Assembly (NCBI RefSeq): GCF_000002075.1
Contig: NW_004797275.1
Coordinates: forward strand, 1,573,421 to 1,637,420
Length of the DNA stretch: 64,000 bases
Origin: Aplysia californica
Lineage: Eukaryota
Reading direction: 5' to 3'
Below the pieces are notes generated by a model. The model was not told the origin of the DNA. It did no database searches and saw only the letters and a list, made by a program, of their open reading frames with translations. A program made the translations under genes and the position numbers. Below are positions 61,001 to 64,000 of the stretch, one piece after another (position 1 is the stretch's first letter; each line of letters starts with the position of its first letter).

Positions 61001-63362
61001 TGAAATGTTTTGTATAGAGAAATGGAAGTCTTGTTTCCTGACTATCCTTTCGAGCTCCTCATGTCTAAGTGGGTCAATTTCTTCTATAATTTCATTGGAC
61101 GAACATCTAGGGCTACCAACTTGGCATGTTTTGAATGAGACGTATGCCTCGATTACGAACCAACGCAGGCGGTTCTAGAAGAAGGCCACAAACGCACACA
61201 AACTCAAGCAGACTGACGCACATACACTTTACCTGCGTGAATGGGGATCCGACTCTGGACCCGAATGACATGTAAGAGGATGCGCGCTGCGCTGAGCCAG
61301 GGGCTACACTGATTCAGGACCAGAACGTAGGCGAGGTGCCGAAATTGGCTTATCGAGTGACATAAACCCAACTCCCGCAGGATGAGGGTTAATATATGCT
61401 TTTGCAATGTGTTTCATATATGTAAAATTTCATACTACTGAATGTTTTCCTGACATTATATTTCATAGTTGTAAATTTCATTAAACTGACTGCATTCTGT
61501 AGTCCTTTTGTATATATGAGATGTGTGTTAAAGTGTTCTTGGTGACATTGCCTTGAAGAAATATATGAATTTTTAAATGTTATATTACATTTGTGCGCTT
61601 GGGTGTTTCGATTATGAGATTTTAAGGTACTGTTTATTAATAATAATGATAATAATATAATAATGTTCATTTATTTGGAGTCCATATCCAATGTGTTGTA
61701 ATGGGGGGGGGGGGTGTGTTTGTAATTTATTTGTGCCCCAGATGGAGGATAAGACTTAAGTCATTCGCTACGTATTATTTTTGGCTTGTGGACGAATATT
61801 TTTCGGGAGGGCGAAATGAGATGATGACTAGTGGGCAGTTCAAAGGTCTTTGGGGCCACAAATTAAAATAAAAATATCAACATATTATACACCAAAATTT
61901 TCAGTATGATTTGTAGAATACATCTGTAATGTTTATTTGTGTATTTTTCAACTTTCAATCCTGTGCCGTTGGGGGCAGCTTGGCGTACGGAAGTCACTTG
62001 CACCACGCCGCTGCCCACGGCTCGGCGTAGCAAATTAGTTAATTTCGAGGTTTTACAGAATACTGTTTGGAAATTAATTACAAGTGTCTTCACAACTTTG
62101 TTGTTCAGTCCTCATCTCATAACGATGTGCACAAGTCCCCATTTACACACAACCCTTCTGGCTGGTCCTTAATCAATTTCTCATGGAGTCTCCAGGTCCA
62201 TTCTTGTTTCTTCATCCTGGTCTTGATAGATGATGGTAGCATATTATTATTGTTTTAGTAATTTATAATCTCTTTTGCTTTCAGATGAAACATGATGTTG
62301 AAGAAAAAGACGCTTTCAACATTCTGAAGCTTCATGTAAGTCTGGCTCGTGCTTTATTTTTTAAATGCAATATTTCTCTTGCTCTCAAAATCGTATTTTT
62401 AAAAATATATACCCAGACTCTTTCTGTTGGATTGCCAGTAGATGAGATTTCAAAAAGTAAGAGATGTTTCATGCTTCATGAAGATGGAACTATTACAGGT
62501 AAAAGAAATTCAAAGTGATTTTATTTGTCTTTGAACCGGGCAGTGTATAAAAGGACAAAAGTAGAAATGTTGCAATTGATGCCCTTGTGTTTCGTATTAG
62601 AAAGTGAAAAGTATGAGGACTTGGTAAATGCAAAAATATTGCTTGTATGCAGAAACTGTGAAGTGGGCCTGGGGCTTGCAGTGTCTTTATTTCCAGGTGG
62701 TATACACTTTGACGGTTCCAGAGATGACAGTAACACTTGCAAATTGTATAGCAAACTTTGCTGTGCTTTAACCGCTTTGTCCTAACATCTCGCTATTCTG
62801 TAGTGTGCAAAGATTGAAATGGAAACTGTAACATTTCTTTCTGGCCTTGTGATTCAATTTATTCAAAGTTTGACCCTTAAGAGGGATTTTTTTTTCTTGT
62901 TTCCTCAGGCTTTCGAAGAGGACAAGAATTTTCATGATATTCTTGAAAAACTCCAAGAAGCCACCGCTGCTTATGCAGCTTGTTCAAGGGCAAAACATCT
63001 TAGGCCATGTTATTACACTGTTTCACCACGTTTGAACACACTGAAGTTGGCTCTCATAAATTACCCAGACAAAAATCAGAAGCAGGAGGAGAGAGTTGAA
63101 TACATCAAGCCTACTGCACACATGAATGAAGATGATCACCAGGAACAAGTAGATGATGAAAACGCTGATGAAGACTTTGAGAGTGATAGTTCCACCCTAG
63201 ACGGTGAAAGCGACTCTGTCCCTCCGAGTGAGGAGATTGACGTTTCAGCTTTACTTCAAGAGGAGGAGGATGGGGTCGTGGCAAGTGAAGATGATACCAT
63301 TGGTGGTATAAACTCAGATGCTGTTGAGAGATATGGTCTTGAAGCACATACCAGAAAAGGAG
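52035..63362 (+). CDS. CCPG1: CCPG1/PBXIP1-like type II transmembrane protein (putative ER-phagy receptor), 3' incomplete
   Basis: Phase-compatible exons 52035-52112, 52589-52706, 53261-53777, 54622-54785, 55275-55436, 56856-57161, 58195-58301, 62285-62335, 62909-63362. N-terminus MSDSPEESDSQVLSGWTLISSQG (human CCPG1 has SCGWTVISHEG); SDADSDFVCLDP (human SDDSDIVTLEP); TM LNVIVLLTAILTMGISLGIIM followed by coiled coil. Confidence 0.75.
53261..53777 (+). CDS. Large acidic, disordered exon of the CCPG1-like gene
   Basis: Matches ORF 53248-53781; cacag acceptor, CA|gtaagt donor. Confidence 0.85.
54069..54483. mobile_element. MITE family A, full copy
   Basis: TA|TGCG...CACA|TA, colinear with 34815-35242. 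Confidence 0.85.
56856..57161 (+). CDS. Transmembrane-encoding exon of the CCPG1-like gene
   Basis: Acidic stretch then a 21-residue hydrophobic helix; G|gtatgt donor. Confidence 0.88.
58617..59585. mobile_element. ~1-kb insertion nested in a family-A MITE at a TTAA (Kolobok-like termini)
   Basis: Family-A sequence stops at GATTAA|AGGG (58617) and resumes near 59585; right boundary uncertain (59544 or ~59584). Confidence 0.6.
60548..61388. mobile_element. Non-autonomous piggyBac-like element
   Basis: TTAA|CTCTTATCCTGCG...CGCAGGATGAGGG|TTAA: 13-bp imperfect TIR, TTAA TSD. Confidence 0.85.
62909..63362 (+). CDS. Luminal acidic exon of the CCPG1-like gene
   Basis: ctcag acceptor, AFEEDKNF...HTRKG, G|gtgagc donor. 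Confidence 0.85.
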
Positions 63363-64000
63363 GTGAGCACTGTATGAGTATGTGTCGCACAGGGTATAAC
63401 AAAAAAATTCCTTTAAGGAATTCACCTTTTTCTTTGAAAGTGCCTCATAATGATCTTTGGCTGCCTGCGATGTTCAGTGTTCCCTGTCCACTCTCATTGT
63501 CTGAAGATTTTACCTTCTTTAGTATTTTGCTGGGTTTTTTCTTTCCTTTTGACATCAAGCCAAAGTTTTGAGAACGGTTTGTCTTAACTCAAAGTGTATG
63601 GTCCACTTGCTGCCTCTTCACCCAGTGGTCATTGCACTGACTGTGAATTGTAATGCATGTATTCCACAAAACAATGGAATCAGGCGCAGGTCAATTTTGG
63701 TCGCTTTAAGTTATTGGTGTAATCTTAAAGCCTGTAAAAGAGACTATCTATCTTGAATAAAAATAGAGATATTTGCAACTGAAGGACGTGGGGGTCACCT
63801 GGTGTCAGAGGTAAAATTAGCGTGAAAATAGCCACCAAAGTCGGCTGACTTCCAAATCTGGAGTGTCCTTGAGAAACTGTAAATTTACTTTTTACGGGAT
63901 AAACATTTTTTGGTAAAATTCAAGGAGGAATGTGTTGTTAAATGGATATAAGGTATTGAGCCCAAAACAAACAAAAAAATTGAAAAAAATTTCCCAGTGG

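Overview
AT-rich, intron-rich animal genomic DNA. The organism cannot be fixed from sequence; it is probably a lophotrochozoan or other marine invertebrate, possibly a mollusc. There are two assembly gaps (2145-2244, 8863-9012). I reconstructed three spliced genes by hand. (1) A complete MEK1/2 (MAP2K1/2) orthologue on + (773-23221), with 11 exon positions matching the human gene and a tandemly duplicated, apparently mutually exclusive exon 8 (8a/8b) that swaps the proline-rich insert while keeping helix alphaG. (2) An uncharacterised ~730-aa coiled-coil protein gene on - (47148-32921, 12 coding exons). (3) Head-to-head with gene 2, a CCPG1/PBXIP1-like type II membrane protein gene on + (52035 to beyond the window) retaining LIR and FIR-like autophagy motifs. 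Introns hold many mobile elements. These include an internally deleted RTE LINE whose 5' end coincides with a predicted HDV-like ribozyme cleavage site, a full-length Deu/Nin-type tRNA-SINE with a target-site duplication (TSD), and several MITE families. Best leads: the MEK exon 8a/8b switch with candidate regulatory elements, the ribozyme-headed RTE derivative, and the invertebrate CCPG1-like ER-phagy receptor.
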